DNA of 64,000 bases, taken from NCBI GenBank assembly GCA_964474135.1, contig CAYYRV010000009.1, positions 17 through 64,016 on the forward strand, given 5' to 3'. A program made the position numbers and the translations under genes. The notes below the pieces were generated by a model, which saw only the letters and a list, made by a program, of their open reading frames with translations, had not been told where the DNA came from and ran no database searches. This DNA is from an uncultured Defluviitaleaceae bacterium. GTDB lineage: Bacteria; Bacillota; Clostridia; Lachnospirales; CAYYRV01. Below, in pieces: positions 1 through 8,885 of this stretch (positions are counted from its first letter, which is position 1; every line of letters begins with the position of its first letter).

Positions 1-203
1 TTAAACTTATTTCTATATATTTTTTTGGAAATAGTATTAACAACTTACGCAGACTTCCAAGGATTACGAAATTCTAATTGTTTCTGAGGAAAACATGGTT
101 ATTATTTCTCATATTGCTACTTTGCTTAAACGTTTTTGAATACAGGTTCTTAAAATTAAAACCTACCAATTCCTCGCTAGAATAGCAAATTATAAAAAAT
201 ATA

Positions 204-232
204 TTGCATTTTTGCACAAATTATGTTATTAT
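204..232 (+). promoter_or_regulatory. sigma-A promoter of rpsF-ssb-rpsR
   Basis: TTGCAT(204-209)-N17-TATTAT(227-232) with extended TG. Confidence 0.55.
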
Positions 233-302
233 CCATAACTGTGTATATTTGCAATGTATATTAAGTATTTAGTTTAAAATCTAATGCTTACTTTGATTGT
301 AT

Positions 303-390
303 GCATCCTTGCTCTTACAGATATATGTTTTATATTAAGGTAAGGGCCAAACGGCGTTTTAATCGTCATAATGTCCAGAAGGAGGTGTAG
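303..390 (+). ncRNA. S6:S18 ribosomal protein leader (rpsF leader)
   Basis: CCTTGCTC...GGGCC...GTCCAGAAGGAGGTG directly before the rpsF start, the pattern of the Firmicute S6:S18 autogenous site. Confidence 0.7.
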
Positions 391-394
391 TTTT

Positions 395-682
395 ATGAAC
401 AAATATGAATTAACAATAATTTTAAAACCAAACTTAGACGAAGAAACTCAAAAAAGCAATATAGAAAGAATTCATGGTTTAGTGAGCAGATTCGGTGGTA
501 CAATTGAAAAAGTTGACGACTGGGGAAAACGTAGACTTGCTTATGAAGTAGATAAATTCAATGAAGGAATTTACAGCTTTATTACTTTTAGTTCTGACGG
601 TGAAGCTCCTGCTGAAATCGAAAAGCGTGTTCGTATTATGGAAAATGTTTTACGTTTTTTAATAATTCGTTTGGAAGATTAA
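395..682 (+). CDS. rpsF: 30S ribosomal protein S6
   Basis: MNKYELTIILKPNL...WGKRRLAYEV; start moved to ATG 395 after RBS AGGAGG. Confidence 0.97.
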   Translation: MNKYELTIILKPNLDEETQKSNIERIHGLVSRFGGTIEKVDDWGKRRLAYEVDKFNEGIYSFITFSSDGEAPAEIEKRVRIMENVLRFLIIRLED

Positions 683-697
683 TAAGGGGGAATATAT

Positions 698-1138
698 ATG
701 AATAAAGCAATAATCATGGGACGCTTGACTCGTGACCCCGAAATTAGATATTCCCAAAGCTCTGAGCCTCTTGCAATTGCTAGATATACTTTAGCAGTTA
801 ACAGAAAGTTTAAAAGAGAAGGCGAACCAGATGCGGATTTTATACCTTGTGTAGTTTTTGGTAAAGGTGCAGAATTTGCAGAAAGATATTTGAAAAAAGG
901 TATGATGATTGCTGTTTGCGGACGTATTCAGGTTAGAAGTTGGGACGACCAACAAACAGGGCAAAAACGTTGGAGTACCGAGATAGTTGTTGATGAACAG
1001 GATTTTGCTGAAAGCAAAGCAAGCTTTGAATCTCGTGGAGGTAGTAATGCATACACTCCTCAGGAGCCAAATGGTGCTGAACCTGAAGGATTTTCTGCAA
1101 TAGCTGAAACTATTGATGATGACGACTTACCTTTTTGA
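698..1138 (+). CDS. ssb: single-stranded DNA-binding protein
   Basis: MNKAIIMGRLTRDPE, acidic C-terminal DDDDLPF; rpsF-ssb-rpsR synteny. Confidence 0.97.
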   Translation: MNKAIIMGRLTRDPEIRYSQSSEPLAIARYTLAVNRKFKREGEPDADFIPCVVFGKGAEFAERYLKKGMMIAVCGRIQVRSWDDQQTGQKRWSTEIVVDEQDFAESKASFESRGGSNAYTPQEPNGAEPEGFSAIAETIDDDDLPF

Positions 1139-1176
1139 TAATTTAAAGAATTATACTGTCTAAAGGAGGTTTAAAT

Positions 1177-1407
1177 ATGATACAGAAAAGACGTGGTCGT
1201 AGAAAAAAACGTGTTTGTGCTTGCTGCACAAATAAAGTAAATACGATTGATTATAAAGATGTTAGTAATCTAAAAAGATTTATTTCTGAACGTGGTAAAA
1301 TTTTACCTCGCAGAATTACAGGCAATTGTGCAAAACATCAGCGTGCTTTAACAATTGCTATAAAACGTGCAAGACATATTGCACTTATACCTTTTACACA
1401 AGAATAA
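1177..1407 (+). CDS. rpsR: 30S ribosomal protein S18 (Zn-motif form)
   Basis: IDYKD...[22 protein letters not shown]; Cys cluster retained. Confidence 0.97.
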   Translation: MIQKRRGRRKKRVCACCTNKVNTIDYKDVSNLKRFISERGKILPRRITGNCAKHQRALTIAIKRARHIALIPFTQE

Positions 1408-1458
1408 AAACATATAAAGTTTAGGGAGGAAGTTTTCTAGTTTCCTCTATTGTGTAGC

Positions 1459-1494
1459 GATGGCAGAGTTTTTAAAACTATGTCATCTTTTTTT
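1459..1494 (+). terminator. intrinsic terminator after rpsR
   Basis: GATGGCAGAGTTT/AAACTATGTCATC stem followed by T7. Confidence 0.6.
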
Positions 1495-1649
1495 ATTTTA
1501 AAATAATATTTATGTAGCTAAACCACACTAATTACAATACTAAAAAAGTTACTTTGCGAATTTAATTGCCGTGCCAAAATCAATTAAAGCTATTGAAAAT
1601 TAATTAAAATAATTGTAGAATAAATAAATATAACAAAGGGGCTGATAAC

Positions 1650-3386
1650 TTGTTAACAAGTATTTTAGGAAAAAAATTGCTATTTTTTGATGGTGCTATG
1701 GGTTCTATGCTTCAAAAAAGAGGGCTTAAACCTGGCGAACCACCTGAAATGTTAAATATAACAAATCCTGAAACTGTAATAGAAATACACAAGGAATATT
1801 TAGAGGCAGGTTCAAATATTATTTCAACGAATACTTTTGGAGCATATAGCATAAAATACGATAATGTGGAAGAAATTGTGAAATATGCTCTCCAAAACGC
1901 AAAAGAAGCCATAAAATCTTTAGGAAAAGAGGAGACTTATGTAGCATTATCATTAGGGCCTACAGGAAAGCTTCTCAAACCTATGGGAGACTTAGATTTT
2001 GAGGATTGTGTAAACATATTTAAACAGACAATTTCAGTTGGTGCTAGATATGGTGCCGATTTAGTATTAATTGAGACAATGTCAGACACATATGAAATGA
2101 AAGCAGCTTGCATCGCAATAAAAGAAAGCTGTGAATTACCTTTTTTTGCAACCATGACATTTGATACTAATGGACATACAATGACAGGTTGTGATATACA
2201 AACAATGGTTGCATTATTAGAAGGATTAGGTGCTTCGGCAATAGGAATAAATTGTGGGCTTGGGGCAGAAAGCGTTAAAACTTTAGTTCCTAATTTAGCA
2301 GAAATAAGTTCTGTGCCTATTTTGGTACAACCAAATGCTGGGCTTCCAGAAATTGTTGATGGAGTTACAACATACAATGTTACGCCAGAGGAATTTGCTA
2401 GTACAATGAGCGATATTTGTAAAATGGGTGCGTGTGTGCTTGGCGGGTGTTGTGGTACAACCCCTGAACATATAAAGGCTACTGTTAATATATGTAAGAG
2501 TATATCTCCTTCTTTAATTACTGATAAAAATTTAACTATTGTAAGTTCATATTCTAAATCTGTTTTAATTGATAAACCAACAATTATTGGTGAGAGACTT
2601 AATCCTACAAACCGTTCTGATTTAGCAACAGCATTAAGAGAAAAAAATATGGATTTTATTATTGACGATGCTACTGAACAAATTGATCTAGGCGCAAAAA
2701 TATTAAACGTAAATGTTTCTGTTCCTCAAATAAACGAGACTGAGACAATGTTAGAAGCAATAAAATCTATACAGGAGGTTATTAATACTCCTCTTTCAAT
2801 AGATTCTTCGAATCGAAGTATTATGGAAAAAGCAGTACGTTTATATAATGGGAAGTGCATAATAAACTCTACAACAGGTAAGCTTGATGATATGAATGCA
2901 GTATTTCCAATTGCTAAAAAATATGGTGCTGTTGTAATATGTTTAACAATGGATGAAAATGGTATTCCCAAAACAGCGGAAGAACGTTTTGCGGTAGCTG
3001 AAAAAATATTGAAAACAGCAAATGAATATGGTATCCATAAAAAAGATATTATAATTGACCCTCTTAACCTAGCACTAATTTCATATTTATCAAAAACAAC
3101 ACTTGATTCTGATGAAAACGGAGAAAATGCACTTGTACCCCTAAGAACAATACAGTTAATAAAACAAAGGCTAGGCTTAAAAACAGTATTGGGCTTATCA
3201 AATATATCACATGGCTTAGGAAAAAGAGAATTGGCAAATTCAGCATTTTTCTCTATGGCACTATTTGCAGGTATTGATGCATGTATTTTTAATCCTCAAT
3301 CGGAAGCTATGATGTATGCATATAATAATTACTTATTAATGTCAGGATTAAGTATGGATATAGATTTTTTGTGTAATTGGGATTGA
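1650..3386 (+). CDS. homocysteine S-methyltransferase + pterin-binding domain protein (MetH N-terminal half, no B12 domain)
   Basis: FDGAMGS, GINC and GGCCGTTPEHI (Zn ligands), then IIGERLNPT, LSIDSS, GLSNISHG; ends without DxHxxG. Confidence 0.85.
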   Translation: MLTSILGKKLLFFDGAMGSMLQKRGLKPGEPPEMLNITNPETVIEIHKEYLEAGSNIISTNTFGAYSIKYDNVEEIVKYALQNAKEAIKSLGKEETYVALSLGPTGKLLKPMGDLDFEDCVNIFKQTISVGARYGADLVLIETMSDTYEMKAACIAIKESCELPFFATMTFDTNGHTMTGCDIQTMVALLEGLGASAIGINCGLGAESVKTLVPNLAEISSVPILVQPNAGLPEIVDGVTTYNVTPEEFASTMSDICKMGACVLGGCCGTTPEHIKATVNICKSISPSLITDKNLTIVSSYSKSVLIDKPTIIGERLNPTNRSDLATALREKNMDFIIDDATEQIDLGAKILNVNVSVPQINETETMLEAIKSIQEVINTPLSIDSSNRSIMEKAVRLYNGKCIINSTTGKLDDMNAVFPIAKKYGAVVICLTMDENGIPKTAEERFAVAEKILKTANEYGIHKKDIIIDPLNLALISYLSKTTLDSDENGENALVPLRTIQLIKQRLGLKTVLGLSNISHGLGKRELANSAFFSMALFAGIDACIFNPQSEAMMYAYNNYLLMSGLSMDIDFLCNWD

Positions 3387-3408
3387 TAATAAAGTGAATA
3401 ATTTTTAT

Positions 3409-3566
3409 AACCTATCCTCAATAATGGGTTATCCATATTTAAAATGATGGTTTTTAGCCATTTGTTGTGAAATCATAATAAAAAAGATTTTATCAATTCA
3501 TAGTAACAACTAATATCAAAATAATTGCTTTCAAATATAGGTGCTAGCTAATTAATGATAGGTTCT
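3409..3566 (+). mobile_element. MITE-like element, family C copy 1
   Basis: ends AACCTATC...GATAGGTTCT; first ~55 bp align with the reverse complement of the right end of 4591-4756. Confidence 0.6.
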
Positions 3567-3595
3567 TAATAACTTTAGTGTAAAGGATAGTTAAA

Positions 3596-4126
3596 ATGCT
3601 CAGTATAATTTTATTTATTATTATATCTATAATTTTAGCATATATTGTTATAACATATACTTTAATTAAAAATAATAGAGCAAATAGCAGAAAAGCATGG
3701 TATGAGCTAAAAACTAAATTTGATGAGCATTTTAGCATTTTAAAGCCTTTAATTAAATTTGTAAAAAATAACGGTTATAGCGAAGCAGAAATGGTAATTT
3801 CTTTAAAGAAGGCTTACTCTATTTATAAAAAGGCAAAGAGTCCAAATGACTATTCTGCTGCCTATTTGCATATGGATAGAGGTTTAAACAGACTTATGTT
3901 TATATCTAAAACAAATTCTATTCTTAATGAAGACCAAACATACAAGGACTTGATTGCAGAAATTATATTAACATCTGAAAAAGTGAGTTTTCAATCTAAA
4001 TTTTATAACGATTTGGTTAAAAGCTATAATAAAAAGGTTATAAAAATTCCAACTTCCATAATTGCTAATATCTTTAACTTTGGAATAATGACAGAGGTAG
4101 TTGTTGCTGAAAATGATGATACTTAA
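3596..4126 (+). CDS. lemA: LemA family protein (divergent)
   Basis: N-terminal TM, AW.EL, YNDLVKSYN.K...IP.SIIAN.F.F. Confidence 0.75.
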   Translation: MLSIILFIIISIILAYIVITYTLIKNNRANSRKAWYELKTKFDEHFSILKPLIKFVKNNGYSEAEMVISLKKAYSIYKKAKSPNDYSAAYLHMDRGLNRLMFISKTNSILNEDQTYKDLIAEIILTSEKVSFQSKFYNDLVKSYNKKVIKIPTSIIANIFNFGIMTEVVVAENDDT

Positions 4127-4257
4127 AATGAAGGAATATCATAAAAGTTGTCATTTAAATTCAAGTTAATAGGAGTTACTTCTACTTAATGGGAGGATAC
4201 TGAGAAAAACTGTATATAAAATAACATTGCACAATTAAATTTAGTGTTTAACAATTA

Positions 4258-4316
4258 TTACAAAAAAAGCACTCAGCGAATGCAACTATTGCATTGGCTG
4301 AGTGCTTTTTTTGTAA
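4258..4316. terminator. strong bidirectional terminator-like hairpin
   Basis: TTACAAAAAAAGCACTCAGC...GCTGAGTGCTTTTTTTGTAA. Confidence 0.75.
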
Positions 4317-4442
4317 ATGTCAAAATTTGTTTGTTAATTTTACCAGCACCTAAATACTTTTACTATTTTTTTGAATATTTTTACATTTTATCTGCAAAAC
4401 TTATTATCATATTTAAAATTTATTTTCAAGAGGGGAATATAT

Positions 4443-4592
4443 ATGCAACAAGTAAAAAAAGTTGGATTATTTATTTTAACAATGGTAATAATAGTATTGT
4501 TACTTTTTTATTTTAATTACTACAAAAGGCGACAAGTTTACAAAGGAGTCTTTATTTATAATACCACTCTGCTTTTTGAAAAGGATTTATGA
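4443..4592 (+). CDS. small single-TM hypothetical protein (49 aa) upstream of spoVAA
   Basis: RBS GAGGGG, ATG 4443, MQQVKKVGLFILTMVIIVLLLFYF... Confidence 0.5.
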   Translation: MQQVKKVGLFILTMVIIVLLLFYFNYYKRRQVYKGVFIYNTTLLFEKDL

Positions 4593-4756
4593 ACCTATCC
4601 TCAATAAGCTGTAACAAACGCCAGAATACGATTATTCCTTTATTCTTTGTTGTGTCATCTTGGCATAGTTTTAATATGATGCCCTTGTCACCCACTCCCC
4701 TAATGGAAAAATCGTCATTTTAAATACGAGTAATCCATTATTTTGGATAGGTTCTA
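4591..4756 (-). mobile_element. MITE-like element, family C copy 2
   Basis: TIRs GAACCTATCCTCAATAA / TTATTTTGGATAGGTTC(TA), ~165 bp, no ORF. Confidence 0.7.
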
Positions 4757-4780
4757 AAATAATTGTTGGAGATTGAACAT

Positions 4781-5425
4781 ATGGATATTTATATAAAGCC
4801 TGTCAAGAAAGTATGTATCTTTGAAAGAAATACTATTTATGTAAAAGATATAACAGAAGTAATAGCTTCAAAAGAAATATCAAAAAAAATAGAAGAATTA
4901 AAAATACTTACTATTGAGCCTAACAAGAAAAATAACTACTTAATATCAGTAATAGATATTATTAAAGTAATCAAAAAAAATTATCCTGACTATACGATTA
5001 ATAATGTAGGCGAAATGGATACATTTGTTGAATATTCTCCTGTAAAATCTAAAGAAAACAAACTTATAAAATGGATAAAAATTTTATTTGTTTCAACAAC
5101 ACTGTTTATTGGCTCTTCAACAGCAATAATGAGTTTTCATTCAGAGGCTCAAATGACAAAAATTTTCACTAAGACTTATTCTATTATTTTTGGAGAAGAA
5201 AATGAAAAACCTCTTATATTGGAAATTCCATATTCTTTTGGTCTTTCATTAGGGATATTTATTTTTTTCAATCATATTGCAGGGAAAAAAATAACAGACG
5301 ACCCAACCCCAATAGAAGTGCAAATGTCTATATATGATACTGAAGTTTGCGATACAATAGTAGGCATTTTAGATTTGGAAAAACAAAGGGGCACAGAGGT
5401 GAAAAACAAAAATGCTAATAATTAA
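4781..5425 (+). CDS. spoVAA: stage V sporulation protein AA
   Basis: VIDIIKVI, F.GSS.AIMSFH, IPYS.GL.LG..IFFNH, DPTPIEVQM..YD. Confidence 0.9.
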   Translation: MDIYIKPVKKVCIFERNTIYVKDITEVIASKEISKKIEELKILTIEPNKKNNYLISVIDIIKVIKKNYPDYTINNVGEMDTFVEYSPVKSKENKLIKWIKILFVSTTLFIGSSTAIMSFHSEAQMTKIFTKTYSIIFGEENEKPLILEIPYSFGLSLGIFIFFNHIAGKKITDDPTPIEVQMSIYDTEVCDTIVGILDLEKQRGTEVKNKNANN

Positions 5426-5846
5426 GCAAGCAATTTGTATAATTATAGGGTTTGCGTCGGGGTTGATTATATCTGGAGCAGTTTTTGCATTTATTGCTGC
5501 AATAGGTGTTGTGACAAGACTTGCACAAAAAACAGGAACATCAAAGTATATAATGATTTATGAAGAAGCTATAACATTCGGTGGAATTTTTGGTGCTCTA
5601 ACAGATATAATTGATTTCCATATTCCTATTGGAAAGCCATTTGCAATATTTATATGCTTTTGTTTAGGAACTTTTTTTGGCTGTCTTGCTATGTCATTAG
5701 CAGAAGTTTTAGATGCAATACCAATATTATTAAGAAGAGTTAGAATAAAACAAGGTATGTTTTTCTTTATTTTGGCTATTGCAGTAGGAAAATTAATAGG
5801 TTCTCTATTATATTTTATTATACCGGGCTTTTATATAGCACAATAG
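5412..5846 (+). CDS. spoVAB: stage V sporulation protein AB
   Basis: IGVVTRLAQKT, FFGCLAMSLAEVLD.IPIL.RR, GKLIGSL. Confidence 0.9.
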   Translation: MLIIKQAICIIIGFASGLIISGAVFAFIAAIGVVTRLAQKTGTSKYIMIYEEAITFGGIFGALTDIIDFHIPIGKPFAIFICFCLGTFFGCLAMSLAEVLDAIPILLRRVRIKQGMFFFILAIAVGKLIGSLLYFIIPGFYIAQ

Positions 5847-5894
5847 CTAGCATGATTTACAAATACTTATAAATTTTATAAAGGAGGAAAAAAA

Positions 5895-6341
5895 TTGGAC
5901 AAATCAGAACAAGGTAAAAAGCGGTATCAACAAATGGTAAAGGAGGCATCGCCAAATAGTCACTTAATTGCAGACTGTATAAAAGCATTTGTGGTAGGAG
6001 GCTTCATTTGTTCAATCGGACAATTCTTAACAAGCTTTTTTACCAATACAGGGTTTTCAAAAGATGATGCAGGTATGTATACAACAATAGTATTAATATT
6101 TTTAGGGATATTGTTAACAGGTATTGGTGTATACGATAAAATTGGGAAATTTGCTGGTGCAGGCTCAATTGTTCCTATTACTGGTTTCGCAAATTCCGTA
6201 GCCGCTCCAGCAATAGAATTTAAAAAAGAGGGTTTTATTCTTGGTGTTGGTGCAAAAATGTTTATAGTTGCGGGTCCAGTTATAGTTTATGGAGTTATAA
6301 CTTCAATAGCTGTAGGTATTATTTACTATGTTATGAAATGA
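5895..6341 (+). CDS. spoVAC: stage V sporulation protein AC
   Basis: AFVVGG.IC.IGQ, GAGSIVPITGFANS, GVGAKMF.VAGPVIVYG. Confidence 0.96.
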   Translation: MDKSEQGKKRYQQMVKEASPNSHLIADCIKAFVVGGFICSIGQFLTSFFTNTGFSKDDAGMYTTIVLIFLGILLTGIGVYDKIGKFAGAGSIVPITGFANSVAAPAIEFKKEGFILGVGAKMFIVAGPVIVYGVITSIAVGIIYYVMK

Positions 6342-6351
6342 GGTGATTTTT

Positions 6352-7359
6352 GTGTTAAAAAAAATTGGAAGTCAATCAATTAAATTTCAAAATTTAATAA
6401 GCATAAAATCGACTGCTTCAATAGTTGGTCCAAAAGAGGGAGAAGGTCCTCTGAAATCATATTTTGATGTAATACTTGAAGATATTTTAGCAAGTGAAGA
6501 TAGCTGGGAAAAAGCCGAAAGTAAAATAGTAAAGGATTCATTAGAGTTGGCAATCAAAAAATCAGGTATTTCTAAAGATAAAATAGACTATATCTTATCA
6601 GGGGATTTACTTAATCAAAGTGCCGGAAGTACTTTTGGAATTAAAGATTTTAATGTTCCTTTTTTCGGGATATTTGGTGCTTGTTCAACAATGGGTGAAG
6701 CTATGAGCCTTGGCTCAATACTAATTGACGGTGAGTTTGCAGAGCATGTGCTAGTCGGTGCATCTAGCCATTTTTGTGCTGCTGAAAAACAATTTCGTTT
6801 TCCTTTGGAGCTTGGAACGCAACGTCCCTTAACGTCTACATGGACTGTTACCGGTGATGGTTCTGCTGTTTTAGAAAAAGGTGGCGACGGGCCTTATATT
6901 ACTGAAATTACAACAGGAAAAATAGTAGATATGGGTATAACAGATATGAACAATATGGGAGCAGCAATGGCACCTGCAGCAGTAGACACTTTAGTTGCCC
7001 ATTTTAAAGATTTTAACAGGCAACCTGATTATTATGATGTTATAGCAACAGGAGATTTAGGATATGTTGGTCATAAACTTGTAATACAACTTATGCAAGA
7101 AGAAGGATATGATTTATCAAAAAATTATACAGATTGTGGAATAGAAATTTTTAATAGAGATACACAAGACACTCATTCTGGAGGCAGTGGCTGTGCTTGT
7201 GCTGCTGTAACATTTGCCGGATATTTTTATGAAAAAATAAAAAAAGGCGAGATTAATAAAATGTTATTTATTCCAACAGGAGCATTAGTAAGCCCAACGT
7301 CAGCACAGCAAGGCGAAAGTATGCCGGGTATATCTCATGCTGTAGTAATAGAAAAGTAA
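6352..7359 (+). CDS. spoVAD: stage V sporulation protein AD (DPA-binding)
   Basis: VGPKEGEGPL, GDLLNQ, GACSTM, SSHFCAAEKQFRFPLE, HSGGSGCAC. Confidence 0.96.
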   Translation: MLKKIGSQSIKFQNLISIKSTASIVGPKEGEGPLKSYFDVILEDILASEDSWEKAESKIVKDSLELAIKKSGISKDKIDYILSGDLLNQSAGSTFGIKDFNVPFFGIFGACSTMGEAMSLGSILIDGEFAEHVLVGASSHFCAAEKQFRFPLELGTQRPLTSTWTVTGDGSAVLEKGGDGPYITEITTGKIVDMGITDMNNMGAAMAPAAVDTLVAHFKDFNRQPDYYDVIATGDLGYVGHKLVIQLMQEEGYDLSKNYTDCGIEIFNRDTQDTHSGGSGCACAAVTFAGYFYEKIKKGEINKMLFIPTGALVSPTSAQQGESMPGISHAVVIEK

Positions 7360-7370
7360 AATTAAAGTTT

Positions 7371-7454
7371 AAAAGTGCAAGAAACTTTTACAATATTTTT
7401 TTGACAAGTTTTTTTGAAGAATTGGGGAATTTTTTTCAAAAAAAGTTTCCCAAT
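7371..7454 (-). repeat. family A modular palindromic repeat, partial/degenerate copy
   Basis: reverse complement reads TTGGGAAACTTTTTTTGAAAAAAATTCCCCAATTCTTCAAAAAAACTTGTCAA...GTAAAAGTTTCTTGC. Confidence 0.75.
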
Positions 7455-7516
7455 GTCTTTTTATTTGTAATTTGGAAAACTTCCAATAAAATTTTAACTC
7501 TAAAAAAGGAGGAGAA

Positions 7517-8761
7517 ATGGAAACAATACAACTATCCCAAGGAATAAATATTCATCTAATTCCTACAGAAAAATTTAAAACAACAACAATCTCTGTTTTA
7601 ATAAGAAGACCGCTAAACAGAGAAGAAGTAACTATAAATGCACTTATACCTAATATTTTACAAAGAGGTTCTGCTAAATATGATACAATGAGCAAAATTA
7701 GCAGTAAAATTGAAAATATGTATGGAAGTATTTTTGAGACTCAAATAATAAAAAAAGGTGAGCAGCAAATAATTCAGTTTTATATGGAATTTGTAAAAGA
7801 AAAAAATAAAGATAGCCTTTTTGAAAGTTTAGAATTTATAAAAGAGATTATGCTTAACCCACTTGTAATAGATAATGGATTTGAAAAAGAATATGTTGAA
7901 AGCGAAAAAAACAACTTAAAAATAGGAATAGAAGGAAGAATAAATAATAAAGCAGAATATGCAAAACTAAGATGTATTGAAGAAATGTGCAAAGATGAGC
8001 CTTTTGGAATTTATGGAGATGGTTTTGCTGAGGATATAGACAAAATTACTCCGCAAAGCAGCTATGAGCATTATATAAATATACTTAAAACTTCTCCTAT
8101 AGATTTTATAGTGATTGGTAATGAAGATGCAAAAAAGTTTTATAATGATGTTAGACAGCTTTTTCAATTTGAAAGAAGTGAAAGTATAGAAATAAACCTC
8201 CCTGAACTTAACTATAATCCAAAAGAAAATGCAGATAAAATTAGTGAGGAAATACAAATTACACAAGGAAAAATTTGTATAGGATTAAGAACAGGGGTAG
8301 AACCAACAAGTGAGGATTTTTATAAACTTCTTTTAATGAATGAAGTATTAGGAGGAGGAGCAAATTCAAAGCTTTTTTCTGTAATAAGAGAGCAAGAAAG
8401 CCTTTGTTATTATGTCAACTCATTTATATTTAGGTTTAAATCTATAATCCTAATACAATCTGGTGTTGAAACAGAAAATTTTGAGAAGGTAATATGTCTA
8501 GTTGGTGAGCAGATAGAAAAAATAAAGAAAAGTGAAATTGAAGATGATGAGTTAGAAAATGCTCGCAAAAGCTTAATAAAAAAATTTGAGGGAATTAAAG
8601 ATTATCCTTCTGCAACTATGGACTTTTATATTTCACAATTTATGTTTAAAGATAATGATAATATAGAAGATGTAATTAATAAAATTAAGTCTGTAAGTAA
8701 GGAAGATATTCCAAAAATGGCTGAAAAACTTTATTGGGATACAATTTATTTATTGTACTAG
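7517..8761 (+). CDS. M16 peptidase-like protein, inactive subunit (YmfF-like)
   Basis: IPTEKFKT, LGGGANSKLF..IREQESLCYY; no HxxEH. Confidence 0.85.
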   Translation: METIQLSQGINIHLIPTEKFKTTTISVLIRRPLNREEVTINALIPNILQRGSAKYDTMSKISSKIENMYGSIFETQIIKKGEQQIIQFYMEFVKEKNKDSLFESLEFIKEIMLNPLVIDNGFEKEYVESEKNNLKIGIEGRINNKAEYAKLRCIEEMCKDEPFGIYGDGFAEDIDKITPQSSYEHYINILKTSPIDFIVIGNEDAKKFYNDVRQLFQFERSESIEINLPELNYNPKENADKISEEIQITQGKICIGLRTGVEPTSEDFYKLLLMNEVLGGGANSKLFSVIREQESLCYYVNSFIFRFKSIILIQSGVETENFEKVICLVGEQIEKIKKSEIEDDELENARKSLIKKFEGIKDYPSATMDFYISQFMFKDNDNIEDVINKIKSVSKEDIPKMAEKLYWDTIYLLY

Positions 8762-8885
8762 CTTGCTATAGTAGCTTGGCAAGTGTCATTGAGCAAGCTT
8801 GCTGATGAAAATGGCTTGTAAGCTACCCCTCATTTTTACTTTTTATATAATAAATATATCAAATATATAGAATAAGGTGATTTAT

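Noticed and set aside
141-153. TACAGGTTCTTAA as the right end of a family C element
   Set aside because: No matching left end within the window; too short to call.
229-248. DnaA boxes / oriC near rpsF
   Set aside because: Only one 8/9 match (TTATCCATA) overlapping the promoter; no cluster of boxes and no dnaA.
4244-4516. 90-aa ORF across the terminator
   Set aside because: Runs through a strong hairpin, has no RBS, has low-complexity F/I/Y composition and overlaps the better-supported 4443 ORF.
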